Made by a program: the position numbers and the translations under genes | NCBI GenBank assembly: GCA_040376695.1 | Contig: JBEIQD010000001.1 | Span: forward strand, 145,437 to 209,436 | DNA from: Candidatus Nomurabacteria bacterium | GTDB taxonomy: Bacteria > Patescibacteriota > Minisyncoccia > Phycocordibacterales > UBA5272 | Length of the DNA: 64,000 bases | Direction: 5' to 3' | Shown: in pieces, positions 20,593 through 29,970 of the stretch | Layout of the letters: each line of letters starts with the position of its first letter | Position numbering within the stretch: position 1 is the stretch's first letter | The notes under the pieces: generated by a model | Databases searched by the model: none | Seen by the model: the letters and a program-made list of their open reading frames with translations, nothing else | Told to the model about the DNA's origin: nothing

Positions 20593-21441
20593 TTAAGATG
20601 ACAATGCCATGGCACCTGAAGTAATTTCAGCAATTTCTTGCGTCACTTTTTCCTGACGAGCACGGTTATAGTACAACTTGAGTTCATCCTGAAGCTCACT
20701 TGCGTTATCTGTTGCTGATTTCATGGCAAACATTCGTGCTGAATGTTCAGATGCATAACTTTCAAGTACAGCACCGTAGATGATGTTGTGTATCATCATT
20801 GGGATAATAGTTGAAAGTACTGTTTCCTGATCTGGCTCATAGTCATATCGAGGTTCACCTTGTGCGTCAGGTTTTCCTTCAGAAGAAAACGGGAGGAGCT
20901 GGAGAAGTGTTGGCGTAAACACGGAAGCAGATGTGTAGTGAGTATATAAAATCCTCACTGTGCCAATTTTCTTCTCTGTATACCAGTCAACCAACATATG
21001 AGCAACCACTCGTGCATCATCCCCTGTAAGCTGGGGATGGTTAAATGATGCGAGTGTTTCAAGATGAAGCTTCTTCGCCACTTTTTCTGCATACTTTCCG
21101 AACGCTACAATCTTTAACTTCTTTCTCTCTTCTTCAGTGTAGGCTTCGAGCAACTTACGATACACGTTGACGTTGTAACTCCCACAGAGACCTTTATTAG
21201 ATGCAACAATAATAACAACCTCTTCTTCTACTCCATTGTGAGCAAGGAGTTCATGAGCAGCGAGTGGATCCAAAGAAAGATCTTCGAGAATAGCCTGCGC
21301 TTCCTGATGGAACGGACGAAGTGTATGAGCACCGTCGGTCGCTTTCTTCATTTTTGCAGCAGAAACCATCTCCATCGTTTTTGTAATTTTCTTGATGGAT
21401 CCAACACTTTTTATTTTCTGCTTAATAACTTTTGTCTGCAT
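20593..21441 (-). CDS. atpG: F1 ATP synthase gamma subunit
   Basis: Operon position between atpA and atpD. Conserved C-terminal ITxEIxEIxSGAxAL (QEIAEITSGAMAL). Confidence 0.9.
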   Translation of the reverse strand: MQTKVIKQKIKSVGSIKKITKTMEMVSAAKMKKATDGAHTLRPFHQEAQAILEDLSLDPLAAHELLAHNGVEEEVVIIVASNKGLCGSYNVNVYRKLLEAYTEEERKKLKIVAFGKYAEKVAKKLHLETLASFNHPQLTGDDARVVAHMLVDWYTEKKIGTVRILYTHYTSASVFTPTLLQLLPFSSEGKPDAQGEPRYDYEPDQETVLSTIIPMMIHNIIYGAVLESYASEHSARMFAMKSATDNASELQDELKLYYNRARQEKVTQEIAEITSGAMALSS

Positions 21442-21450
21442 CTGTGGTGT

Positions 21451-22947
21451 TTAATTTGAATGAGTGTGAGCGAAAGACGTAAGCGCTTTCTTAAGCGCTT
21501 CTTCAATTTCATCATCCCACCCCTTTTCAAGAGATTCAACTACTTCTTTTCCAGATGAGAGCATATATGTATGCATCGCCTTCTCCCATCCTTGAACATG
21601 TTCTACTTGAACTGAATCAAGATAACCGTTGTTAACAGCGTAGACCGATGAAACCTGTAGCCCTGTACGGAGCGGTGAACCGTTTGCCTGCTTAAGCATT
21701 TCCTGTGTTCTCTTTCCTCGTTCAATAGTTCTTTTTGTGTCGTGATCTAGGTCAGAATCAAACTGAGAGAATGATTCGAGTTCACGATACTGTGCCATCG
21801 CAAGTTTCATCTTGCCGGCGTTTTTCTTCATCGCTTTTGTTTGAGCAGATGATCCCACACGTGATACTGAGAGACCAACATCAATTGCTGGTCGCATACC
21901 CTTATAGAAAAGGTTTGCGTCCAAGAAAATCTGTCCATCAGTAATGGAAATAACGTTTGTTGGAATATATGCTGACACATCTCCCGCCTGAGTTTCAATA
22001 ATTGGTAGCGCTGTGATAGAACCACTCCCTGCTGCCTCATTTCTGCGACAAGCACGCTCTAGAAGTCTAGAGTGGAGGTAGAACACATCTCCTGGATACG
22101 CTTCACGTCCTGGTGGGCGCTTAAGAAGGAGTGACATTTCGCGATATGCAACAGCGTGCTTTGAAAGATCATCGTATACAACGAGTACATCCTTCTCTTT
22201 ATTCATAAAGTATTCAGCAACAGCAGTTCCTGCATATGGTGCAAGGTATGAGAGCGCTGCAGAGTGTGATGCCCCAGCAAGAACTACAACTGTGTACTCC
22301 ATAGCTCCTGCTGCCTTTAGCTTCTCAACAATCTGAGCAATCTTTGATTCCTTCTGACTAATCGCAACATACACACAAATAACACCAGTTCCCTTTTGGT
22401 TAATGATTGTATCAAGCGCAATTGTTGTTTTACCTGTTTGTCGATCACCAATAATAAGTTCACGCTGTCCACGCCCAACTGGAATCATGGCATCAATTGC
22501 CTTAACCCCTGTTTGCATAGGAACATTCACTGGTTCACGATCCATCACGCCTGGTGCGATTTTCTCTACAAGTTCCATTGCGTCCAAGCCTGTTATCTTT
22601 TCACCGTCCACTGGGTTCATCAAAGGATCAACCACACGCCCAAGAAGAGATTCTCCTACCGGGATAGCGAGCACACGGCCTGTCCTCGTCACTTCCTCTC
22701 CTTCACGAACAGTCTCAGCGCCAGAAACAATAACCACACCCACCATGTCACTTTCAAGGTTAAGAGCAAGGCCTTTAGCCCCTGAAGCAAATGTTACTTC
22801 TTCCATGCTCGCACACTTTGAAAGTCCTGATACACGAGCGATACCGTCAGAGACAGAAATAACACTTCCGATTTCATTCACCTCAACCTCAGTCGAGAGT
22901 GTCTCTATTTTTTTCTCCAGATCCTTGATGATTTTTTCTACTGACAT
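21451..22947 (-). CDS. atpA: F1 ATP synthase alpha subunit
   Basis: P-loop GDRQTGKT. 498 aa. Canonical position. Confidence 0.95.
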   Translation of the reverse strand: MSVEKIIKDLEKKIETLSTEVEVNEIGSVISVSDGIARVSGLSKCASMEEVTFASGAKGLALNLESDMVGVVIVSGAETVREGEEVTRTGRVLAIPVGESLLGRVVDPLMNPVDGEKITGLDAMELVEKIAPGVMDREPVNVPMQTGVKAIDAMIPVGRGQRELIIGDRQTGKTTIALDTIINQKGTGVICVYVAISQKESKIAQIVEKLKAAGAMEYTVVVLAGASHSAALSYLAPYAGTAVAEYFMNKEKDVLVVYDDLSKHAVAYREMSLLLKRPPGREAYPGDVFYLHSRLLERACRRNEAAGSGSITALPIIETQAGDVSAYIPTNVISITDGQIFLDANLFYKGMRPAIDVGLSVSRVGSSAQTKAMKKNAGKMKLAMAQYRELESFSQFDSDLDHDTKRTIERGKRTQEMLKQANGSPLRTGLQVSSVYAVNNGYLDSVQVEHVQGWEKAMHTYMLSSGKEVVESLEKGWDDEIEEALKKALTSFAHTHSN

Positions 22948-22952
22948 GTTGG

Positions 22953-23300
22953 TTACTTTGTTAATTGTTTAATAATTCGTGCGGCTGATCCATCATACGA
23001 GATTCCTTTGTAGCGTGCTTTAAATCCAGCTAGAAGATTTTTATTGATAGTTACTTCGGTAGGCGCCATATCGTTACCTACTATTCTTTTAATTCGAGCA
23101 AGTGCTCCCTCTTCTATTTCAAAAGGAGATTCTATTCGAATAGTGTCTTGTTCTTTTTCATCACGAGTTAATTTAGCAACTGCAGCAAGAACGTTTGGTA
23201 AAAGAGACAGAAGCCCGTACGTAGAAAGTGCTTCTGTTACTTCATCTACTCCAACCTTCTTCTTAAGCAACAGCTCTGCAATTTGTCGTGACAAAATCAT
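22953..23300 (-). CDS. atpH: ATP synthase delta (OSCP) subunit, truncated form (115 aa)
   Basis: Position between atpF and atpA. Sequence resembles only the C-terminal part of OSCP/delta (typical delta ~180 aa). Confidence 0.7.
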   Translation of the reverse strand: MILSRQIAELLLKKKVGVDEVTEALSTYGLLSLLPNVLAAVAKLTRDEKEQDTIRIESPFEIEEGALARIKRIVGNDMAPTEVTINKNLLAGFKARYKGISYDGSAARIIKQLTK

Positions 23301-23304
23301 ACAA

Positions 23305-23799
23305 CTATTTCATGCTCGCAATAAGCGCATTATTATCCTCTGCTGTAAGGTTTTTCTTTAGTGTTTCAGCATAAAGCGTCGCAACAAGAGACGGAGCACG
23401 AAGAGCGAACTCTTTTTCCACCTTTGTTTTTAGCTCTGCTTCTTTGTGATTCATGGCTTCTGTTCGCTGTGCGATTTCTTTTTCTGCATCAGTTTTAATT
23501 GTTGCGGCAAGATTTTCAGCTTGTGTTTGTGCTTCACTCACAATAACGTGTCCTTCTTTTTTAGCTTCATGGATAATTTGCTTCTTCTCTTCTTCAGCAG
23601 ACGCAAGAGCTTTTTCAGCATCAGAGGCCTGAGAAAGTCCACGTTCAATTACTTGCTGACGAGTTGAAATCACTTTTCCAAGCTTACCGAAAAAGAACTT
23701 ATTCAAAATGAATAAGATAATGAGAAAGTTAATGAAGTTTGCTAGTGCAACGTGCCAATTGAACCCAACACTTCCTAAAATGGTAAGAATCTGCTCCAT
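23305..23799 (-). CDS. atpF: Fo ATP synthase subunit b
   Basis: Single N-terminal TM (ALANFINFLIILFILNKFF) followed by long charged helix. Operon position. Confidence 0.85.
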   Translation of the reverse strand: MEQILTILGSVGFNWHVALANFINFLIILFILNKFFFGKLGKVISTRQQVIERGLSQASDAEKALASAEEEKKQIIHEAKKEGHVIVSEAQTQAENLAATIKTDAEKEIAQRTEAMNHKEAELKTKVEKEFALRAPSLVATLYAETLKKNLTAEDNNALIASMK

Positions 23800-23809
23800 C
23801 TAGAAAAAA

Positions 23810-24028
23810 TTAACCGAGGAGGAAGAACGCAACGAGCGCAAAGATGGCTGTTGTTTCTGTCATAGCAACACCGATAATCATCTTTGAAAAGAGTGATCCT
23901 TCAATGTCTGGGTTGCGACCAATTGCTTCCATAGTCTTACCTACGAGGTATCCTTGTCCGATAGCTGTACCAATCATGGCGATGATACACATTCCCTTTG
24001 CGATATAAATTGCTGCTTCTGGTGTCAT
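23810..24028 (-). CDS. atpE: Fo ATP synthase subunit c
   Basis: 72-aa hairpin proteolipid with conserved polar loop GRNPD and the conserved carboxylate in helix 2 (AMTETTAIFALVAFFLL). Confidence 0.9.
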   Translation of the reverse strand: MTPEAAIYIAKGMCIIAMIGTAIGQGYLVGKTMEAIGRNPDIEGSLFSKMIIGVAMTETTAIFALVAFFLLG

Positions 24029-24199
24029 AAATAATTGTAACTAATCAATAAAAATCCGCCCCACGGGGCTTTGATGAGAGTATAGCAGAAAAAATTGCTT
24101 TGTGCAGATTGACTTCTGTGAGTAATTATATGAAATATCTTTGACGTAAGGATAATAAAAGCATACAATTTAAAGAACCTAGTACCTTTGGAGAACGTT

Positions 24200-24472
24200 A
24201 TGGACCTCTCAAACATGCAAGTGTTTTGTGTGGGATCAACCTTCTTCATGAAGCTCCCGGACGGAACATTCTTTTCAGTTACAGCAACAGCACGGGTTGC
24301 GATTATTGAAGAACTCCCTGTAAAAGCCGAACGGGTAAAGCCATACCCTTTTACAGGAATGATCGAACCTCCAAGTAGTACCCTTTCACTCATGAAAGCG
24401 GTACTGACGGTGGCTGAACACTTCATTGAAAAGCAAATCTCAGCACCATCTGAAGAAAAAAGCGCTCCCTGA
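24200..24472 (+). CDS. Small hypothetical protein (90 aa) encoded antisense within the atpB-atpE gap
   Basis: Plus-strand promoter-like TTGACG-N17-TACAAT, then GGAG 7 nt before ATG (MDLSNMQVFCVGSTFFMKLPDG...). Ends at a strong bidirectional terminator. The overlapping minus-strand ORF has implausible composition. Confidence 0.35.
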   Translation: MDLSNMQVFCVGSTFFMKLPDGTFFSVTATARVAIIEELPVKAERVKPYPFTGMIEPPSSTLSLMKAVLTVAEHFIEKQISAPSEEKSAP

Positions 24473-24485
24473 GCGCTTTTTTATT
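24455..24485. terminator. Bidirectional rho-independent terminator AAAAAAGCGCTCCCTGAGCGCTTTTTT
   Basis: Perfect 7-bp GC-rich stem flanked by A6 and T6. Terminates atpB (minus) and the small plus-strand ORF. Confidence 0.7.
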
Positions 24486-24499
24486 TCTCAAAACTCTTT

Positions 24500-25351
24500 C
24501 TAGTGAGCGTCTTTGCCTTCTTTCTTTAACACTAATGAGTAATACACCGTAACGAGTGCTACGAACACAATTGATTGCACAACTCCAACGAGTAACCCCA
24601 TTCCCATCCAAATAGCAGGAACGGCAATAGCAAAGGCTCCTAAAAGAATTACTGTAAGCACTTCGTGGGCAAACATGTTTCCAAATAATCGAAGTGAGAG
24701 GGATAGAATCTTTGCTACTTCTGAAATAATCTCAATGAGGCCAACGAAGAAACCGATAATTGAAACCATTCCTTCTCCAAAACTTTTTCTGAACCCTCGT
24801 ATCACTTGCTTGATTTGAATAAAGTGCGAAAGATATCCACCTATTCCTTGTTCTTTCATACCAACGAATTGCATGATAACAATCACAGCGAGAGCTAAAC
24901 CAAACGTTGTATTGAAATCAGTTGTCGCGCCTCGGAAAAGTGGAATATGTTGACCTTCAGTACCTGTTACATAAAAACTAGCTACTCCGGGAACCATTGG
25001 AAGTAAGTTGGCTACAATAAGGTACGTCATGAGTGCTCCAACATACGGAATGATCTTTTTTGCACGTTCCTTATCTCCTACGATAGAAGTAATAAAATCA
25101 GCTACTGCTCCATAGAACATTTCAAGCACTACCTGAAACTTTGAAGGAATTAATTTCGCTCGAGACACTTTAATAGTAAGAGCCACAAACATAAGCGTGA
25201 TAAGCATCACGGTAATCGTTGAGGTTGCAATAGTGATCGGACCGATATCGCCAAGGATTGGTGCATTTATAGAAGGTATTTCTTCAATAACATGAAGAAA
25301 GCTGCTTGTGTGAACTTCTTCTGCCCCGTGCTGTGCTACTTCTTCATGCAT
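24500..25351 (-). CDS. atpB: Fo ATP synthase subunit a
   Basis: 283 aa, 5-6 TM. Conserved Arg-containing helix (LSLSLRLFGNMFAHEVL). First gene of the atp cluster. Confidence 0.9.
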   Translation of the reverse strand: MHEEVAQHGAEEVHTSSFLHVIEEIPSINAPILGDIGPITIATSTITVMLITLMFVALTIKVSRAKLIPSKFQVVLEMFYGAVADFITSIVGDKERAKKIIPYVGALMTYLIVANLLPMVPGVASFYVTGTEGQHIPLFRGATTDFNTTFGLALAVIVIMQFVGMKEQGIGGYLSHFIQIKQVIRGFRKSFGEGMVSIIGFFVGLIEIISEVAKILSLSLRLFGNMFAHEVLTVILLGAFAIAVPAIWMGMGLLVGVVQSIVFVALVTVYYSLVLKKEGKDAH

Positions 25352-25398
25352 AATGCAAGAGAGTTTAGCATATTCTTGTAGTGTTTTCTATGGTGACA

Positions 25399-26013
25399 CT
25401 ACTCCTCTTCTGCTCCTTTCTCATAGCAAAGATAGAGAGCTGTAAAACCAAACACCACCGTAACAAGCACCATGACACTCTTAAAGTCGAACCAGTCATG
25501 CAAACTATAGGTCCTTCGTACGTACTCATTAAGTACTGCAATCGTAATGAAAAATGCCACCCAAGCGTATGTTAATCTGTGCCACGCACGAAGTGTCATT
25601 GGGATTACTTGATGGAAAGCGTGCTTAAGAAAAGGAACGTTAATCATAAGTCCAATAAGGAGTGTGATTGCACACGTAAGATCGTACAGCGTATCTCGCA
25701 TTTGTATAAACTTCGGCTCCCTATGAGCAAGCGTAAGGTATCCGAAAGCAATAGTAAGAAAAGCTACATAGAGAGCAAGATACGGGAGTCTTTTTTGAAG
25801 ACGATAAGTAACAACAGTTGAAATGATCGTTGCAATCATCAGTAACATCGTTGCTTTATAAATATGAAAATGTTGGAAAGAGCCAAGAAAAATAAGTATT
25901 GGTCCAAATTCAAGAAACGTACCAAACATGAGACGTTTAAACGTTGTAGCTGAAAAAAGAGAAGGAGCGCTCATGATATACTCGAAAGTATATTCAGTAT
26001 AAACTAGTATCAT
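25399..26013 (-). CDS. Intracellular septation protein A (YciB/IspZ) family membrane protein
   Basis: Five-TM protein. Segment LTYAWVAFFITIAVLNEYV parallels E. coli YciB LNLAWAVFFILCGLANIYI. Confidence 0.55.
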   Translation of the reverse strand: MILVYTEYTFEYIMSAPSLFSATTFKRLMFGTFLEFGPILIFLGSFQHFHIYKATMLLMIATIISTVVTYRLQKRLPYLALYVAFLTIAFGYLTLAHREPKFIQMRDTLYDLTCAITLLIGLMINVPFLKHAFHQVIPMTLRAWHRLTYAWVAFFITIAVLNEYVRRTYSLHDWFDFKSVMVLVTVVFGFTALYLCYEKGAEEE

Positions 26014-26031
26014 TAAAATCCATCATTTCTT

Positions 26032-26745
26032 ATGTCCTTTCGTCACAAACTTGCTGCCTTTAAACTCACCACACCAATTGCCATCATCATCGCTGCTTGT
26101 ATTCTAGCCGGAAGTCATATTGCATACGGGTTCATTATTAAAAATACTGTAACAAAAGTAGAGAGCTCTCTCTTTACAGGAAAACCGATCGACGATAAAG
26201 ATCACATTGAAGGAAACGCGGATAGTAAAGTTGTGATTGTAGAATACTCTGACCCTGAATGCCCATACTGCGTAACATTACACCCAACACTAAAGCAGGT
26301 TAGAACAGACTACAAAGACAAAATTGCATTTGTATATCGTCATTTCCCTCTAACACAGATCCATCCGAACGCTTTTAATGAATCAAAAGCTATTGCGTGC
26401 GCAGGGACACTTAACGGAACAAAGGGATTCTACTCATATATCGATGCGCTCTATGGCTATAAACTTTCTAACCAAACAACACAGCTACCTGCAACTGGTA
26501 TAACAGATATCGCAAAAAATGGAGGTCTGAATCCGGCTACTTTCGCGGCTTGTATGCAAGCGGAAGATACAGCTCTTACTATCGACACATCAGTTAATGA
26601 TGGGGTCCAGGCCGGCGTTGAAGGCACACCGTCTTCCTTTGTTCTTGTGAAAACAAAGAAAGGTCTTGAGGTCGTAGCAATGCTTGATGGCGCACGTCCA
26701 TACGAATATATTCAGGCTGCGATTGAAGAAGCTCTTTCACGATAA
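26032..26745 (+). CDS. DsbA-family thiol:disulfide oxidoreductase (membrane-anchored)
   Basis: N-terminal TM anchor. Thioredoxin active site CPYC (YSDPECPYCVTLHP). Confidence 0.8.
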   Translation: MSFRHKLAAFKLTTPIAIIIAACILAGSHIAYGFIIKNTVTKVESSLFTGKPIDDKDHIEGNADSKVVIVEYSDPECPYCVTLHPTLKQVRTDYKDKIAFVYRHFPLTQIHPNAFNESKAIACAGTLNGTKGFYSYIDALYGYKLSNQTTQLPATGITDIAKNGGLNPATFAACMQAEDTALTIDTSVNDGVQAGVEGTPSSFVLVKTKKGLEVVAMLDGARPYEYIQAAIEEALSR

Positions 26746-26942
26746 TCTACTGATATTCTTCATACACAGACAAAGTCCTTTTTGGGGTTTACAAAGCATA
26801 CCTTCAGGTATAGGATTACCGAGTGGAGTTGCGTGAGCGCTTTATAGATAAGAGTCCCCTTACACGACAACACGAGGAGCGATGATGAGAAATCATTGTC
26901 GTATGCACATTTTAAATACTCTGTCACAGAAAAGAGATAATC

Positions 26943-27311
26943 ATGGCCAAAGAACAGCCTGAACAACAGGTCGGTGAAGGAGTTGCAACACTCCAGATCA
27001 CCGAAAGTGCACTGCACGCATTTCTTCAAAGCAAAATCAAAAGCTCTTCGGGGCTGATGATTCTCGTGGACACACGTGATCAGCCGGTGCTTCTCAAGCA
27101 CAGCGACATCTCGGTGGTCCAGGTCAACTCTGCGTGGGTGGGTTTCACTCATGCGGGTGTGCGTTACCGTACGAAAGAAATTTCCCATCGCGACAATTTG
27201 ATTTCGTGGGCAAACAATGGAGGCAGCGAACCCTTCAGCCAGCACCGCGATTTCAAAAACGCAGTCGGCCCGCCGAACGTTTGCTTCGTGCGCATGAGCG
27301 GCGGGAATTAA
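26943..27311 (+). CDS. Hypothetical protein (122 aa) in a GC-enriched segment
   Basis: ORF with ~52% GC versus ~40% local background. Ends 20 nt before a perfect bidirectional terminator. The overlapping minus ORF (26760-27344) is Cys-rich junk. No family recognised. Confidence 0.4.
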   Translation: MAKEQPEQQVGEGVATLQITESALHAFLQSKIKSSSGLMILVDTRDQPVLLKHSDISVVQVNSAWVGFTHAGVRYRTKEISHRDNLISWANNGGSEPFSQHRDFKNAVGPPNVCFVRMSGGN

Positions 27312-27329
27312 TTTACCCACCTGCCCAAA

Positions 27330-27360
27330 ACAAAAGCCCCTCAATGAGGGGCTTTTTTAT
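27330..27360. terminator. Bidirectional terminator AAAAGCCCCTCAATGAGGGGCTTTTTT
   Basis: Seen directly. Shared by the convergent genes 26943-27311 (+) and 27373-27786 (-). Confidence 0.7.
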
Positions 27361-27372
27361 TTGCGCAATTGT

Positions 27373-27786
27373 TTATTTTGCTTTCTTGGGATCATTAAAT
27401 ACTAATCCGACCGCAGTAGTTTCTGCTGTGCAAACTTTGTCCAAAAGGCGGCTACCATTCCAGTAGTAATAGGTTGTTTTATCTCCGTCAACAACTTTTG
27501 CACCATGTGTAACCGTTACCTGCTCCAACTCCTCCTTTGGAATGAAAATAATTCCATTAAGTAAATGTTTTTCCGGATTAACACGAATAACACTTGTTTT
27601 AAGGTGAAAACAGTTGTAACCCTTGGGAGCAAGAACGATTGTCGCCTTTGCTCCCAGAGGCTTCATCAGCTTTAATATCACCTCTGAAACATGAACTAGG
27701 TGCTGTGTTTCTGCTTCAGCCCACATAATCTGGCGCAGCACTTTTTTGTTCGTGGCAACTCTCTTTGCACTCATAGGAATCTCCAA
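27373..27786 (-). CDS. Hypothetical protein (137 aa)
   Basis: ORF with normal local composition. Ends at the shared terminator. No confident domain assignment (possibly PUA/ASCH-like beta-barrel). Confidence 0.5.
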   Translation of the reverse strand: MEIPMSAKRVATNKKVLRQIMWAEAETQHLVHVSEVILKLMKPLGAKATIVLAPKGYNCFHLKTSVIRVNPEKHLLNGIIFIPKEELEQVTVTHGAKVVDGDKTTYYYWNGSRLLDKVCTAETTAVGLVFNDPKKAK

Positions 27787-27837
27787 TAGTAAAAACTACA
27801 ACAGCCTTTATTATAACATATTTTATTAAAAAGTCAA

Positions 27838-28296
27838 TTACCTTACGAGGTCGCCTTCAACATCTTTTGCATGCTCATTTGCTTTCACCCCTTCATAGAT
27901 TTTTGTAATAATCCCCTTCTCATCAATGAGAAAACTTGTACGATTGATTCCCATGTACTTACGCCCCATAAACTTTTTTTCTTTCCATACACCGTACGCC
28001 TGAGAAACATCAGTTGATTCATCAGCAAGAAGTGGGAACGGGAGCGAGAACTTCTCTGCGAATTTTTTGTGACTTTCAACGCCATCTTTACTAACACCTA
28101 AAATAACTAATCCCATCTTTGTGAACATGTCATACCCGTCTCGAAAGTTACATGCTTCTGTTGTGCATCCCGGAGTATCGTCCTTAGGATAAAAATACAA
28201 CAGTACTTTCTTTCCCAGATACTGAGAAAGTGTGTGAGTTGTACCGTTTTGATCCTGTAGTGAAAACTTTGGAGCTTTATTGCCGACTTTAATCAT
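27838..28296 (-). CDS. bcp: Peroxiredoxin Bcp (thiol peroxidase, AhpC/TSA family)
   Basis: Active-site motif FYPKDDTPGCTTEAC. Confidence 0.9.
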   Translation of the reverse strand: MIKVGNKAPKFSLQDQNGTTHTLSQYLGKKVLLYFYPKDDTPGCTTEACNFRDGYDMFTKMGLVILGVSKDGVESHKKFAEKFSLPFPLLADESTDVSQAYGVWKEKKFMGRKYMGINRTSFLIDEKGIITKIYEGVKANEHAKDVEGDLVR

Positions 28297-28320
28297 ACTA
28301 ATGAGTATACCATTTCTGCT

Positions 28321-29439
28321 TTAATGCTGATGAGTATGAATATGTTCCTTTGAGGCGTGATTCTTCATAAGGATCACCGCAATAAGTGTTGTTAGTGGAA
28401 CAGCGAGTAGAAGTCCTACAGAACCGACAATACTACGAACGATTTCAGTTGCGATGATTTCTCGATTAATAAGCTCAAGTATAGGTGTATTGCTTACGTA
28501 AAAAAGAAGAACGAGTGGGAGAGACGCTCCAGCATAGGCTAAAATGAGCGTGTTGATAACTGCACCCATGTGATCCTTACCCACCTTAAGTGCCTTTGTA
28601 TACAAATTTCTTGTACTGATCTGTGGATTCGCTAATTGTAACTGATTAACAACGGAAGCCTGTGTAATTGAAACGTCATCAATCACCCCTATTACTCCAA
28701 TGATAATTCCTCCGACAAGAAGCGCTACGAAGTCCAAATTGCCTTGCGTGGCGATATTAAGATACACACTCTCTTCGCTAGCGAAACCAGTTAATTTGGT
28801 TATAACAACCGCATACTTTGCCAACGCAAGCGTTACAATCACTGACAATGTACACCCAAGAAATGCAGATGTTGTGAGCCGTGTAAATCCATGTGTAAGA
28901 TACATGACCACAAACAATGAAAGCAGGGCGCCGATTGTCGCGATAGCAACAATATTTCCCCCCGTAATAATATGAGGGAAAAGATACGTAAATATTCCGC
29001 CAAACGAAATAAACAAAGCTACAAGCGAGAGGAATCCTTGTTTACCCCCAAAGAGAAGTACTACTGCTATGAAAAAAATAAAGAGCCAGAGCAGAGCATC
29101 CAGTCGATATGGTTCTTGGATACTGTAATATTCTGAACCATCAGTTGTTTGTAAATATCTTACGTACACCTTATCTCCTTTCTCTACCGCAAAAGCGCTC
29201 TCAGTAATGGTTATCTCTTTACCTTGCTGTTCTCCTTTGTTAATTCTAACAACAACCGTTTGATAGAGCGCTGTAGTATTTGTATTTGGAACTTCTTGAA
29301 TCTCGGAACTCTCTACACGAACCACCGTCGCGAGCATAGTTACTTCTTTATCTTGAAGCAACTGTGCCTCTTCTGCGAAAGAAAAAGCGAATGTGCTGAA
29401 TAAACTTAAAACAAGTACACCTAGGCGCAAGTTTTGCAT
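28321..29439 (-). CDS. YibE/F-family membrane protein
   Basis: Signal/TM N-terminus, soluble domain, then a ~6-TM block characteristic of the YibE/F family. Overlaps the fur-like gene by 19 nt. Confidence 0.7.
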   Translation of the reverse strand: MQNLRLGVLVLSLFSTFAFSFAEEAQLLQDKEVTMLATVVRVESSEIQEVPNTNTTALYQTVVVRINKGEQQGKEITITESAFAVEKGDKVYVRYLQTTDGSEYYSIQEPYRLDALLWLFIFFIAVVLLFGGKQGFLSLVALFISFGGIFTYLFPHIITGGNIVAIATIGALLSLFVVMYLTHGFTRLTTSAFLGCTLSVIVTLALAKYAVVITKLTGFASEESVYLNIATQGNLDFVALLVGGIIIGVIGVIDDVSITQASVVNQLQLANPQISTRNLYTKALKVGKDHMGAVINTLILAYAGASLPLVLLFYVSNTPILELINREIIATEIVRSIVGSVGLLLAVPLTTLIAVILMKNHASKEHIHTHQH

Positions 29440-29849
29440 AAACCGTATATTTCCATTGAGTGCGTTGTTGTTTGCTTAAACTTTTTGCTCTTCTTAAGCA
29501 TCTTTTTTACCGTATCGTCAATAGAAATTCCTTCTATCTTTTCTATCGTCTCGCAGTTATTGCACACCAGTTGATGTGACGCGTGCCCAGTCTCAAGTTC
29601 GTAATGTGCGTGTCCGTGATTAAAATCTAAACGTCTAAGAAGCCCAGCTTCATGTAAGGAAGAAAGATTTCGGTATACCGTTGCTTGATCAATATTTTCT
29701 TTCTTGCGGAGATCTTCCACGAGTTCATACACAGTGACAGGCTGCTTTACTTTCGCGAGATATTCCAACACTAAAAGCCGGTGATCAGTGACACGAAGTC
29801 CTGCACCTTTTACCATATTAATAAGTTCGTCTTTAGAATAAATTGCCAT
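29421..29849 (-). CDS. Fur-family metalloregulator (Zur/Fur)
   Basis: wHTH N-terminal domain, HHH/CxxC metal sites (HGHAHYELETGHASHQLVCNNC ... CKTCA). Divergent from a ZIP metal transporter, suggesting Zur. Confidence 0.85.
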   Translation of the reverse strand: MAIYSKDELINMVKGAGLRVTDHRLLVLEYLAKVKQPVTVYELVEDLRKKENIDQATVYRNLSSLHEAGLLRRLDFNHGHAHYELETGHASHQLVCNNCETIEKIEGISIDDTVKKMLKKSKKFKQTTTHSMEIYGLCKTCA

Positions 29850-29942
29850 ACTGTATTCATACTATCACGCTAGTTTATAAAAGTATATGCAACGCATTCG
29901 CAGCAGCGGTATTATGCGAACTTTTTGCATATAAACATATCA

Positions 29943-29961
29943 CGTGATAATGTTATACTTG
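29943..29961. promoter_or_regulatory. Fur/Zur-box-like sequence GTGATAATGTTATACTTGT
   Basis: Matches the GATAATG half of the Fur box consensus (GATAATGATAATCATTATC) with ATAAT/TTAT dyad. Lies immediately upstream of the ZIP transporter start. Nested inverted repeats TATATGCAACGCATTCGCA ... TGCGAACTTTTTGCATATA lie just upstream (29884-29934). Confidence 0.3.
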
Positions 29962-29970
29962 TTTACATCT

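Noticed and set aside
24025-24426. 133-aa minus-strand ORF in the atpB-atpE gap (possible atpI-like gene)
   Set aside because: No TM helices, odd S/T/F-rich composition. It is antisense to a better-formed plus-strand ORF with promoter, ribosome-binding site and terminator.
26760-27344. 194-aa minus-strand ORF
   Set aside because: Cys/His-rich low-complexity translation of the GC-rich segment. Runs through the bidirectional terminator. The plus-strand ORF is more plausible.
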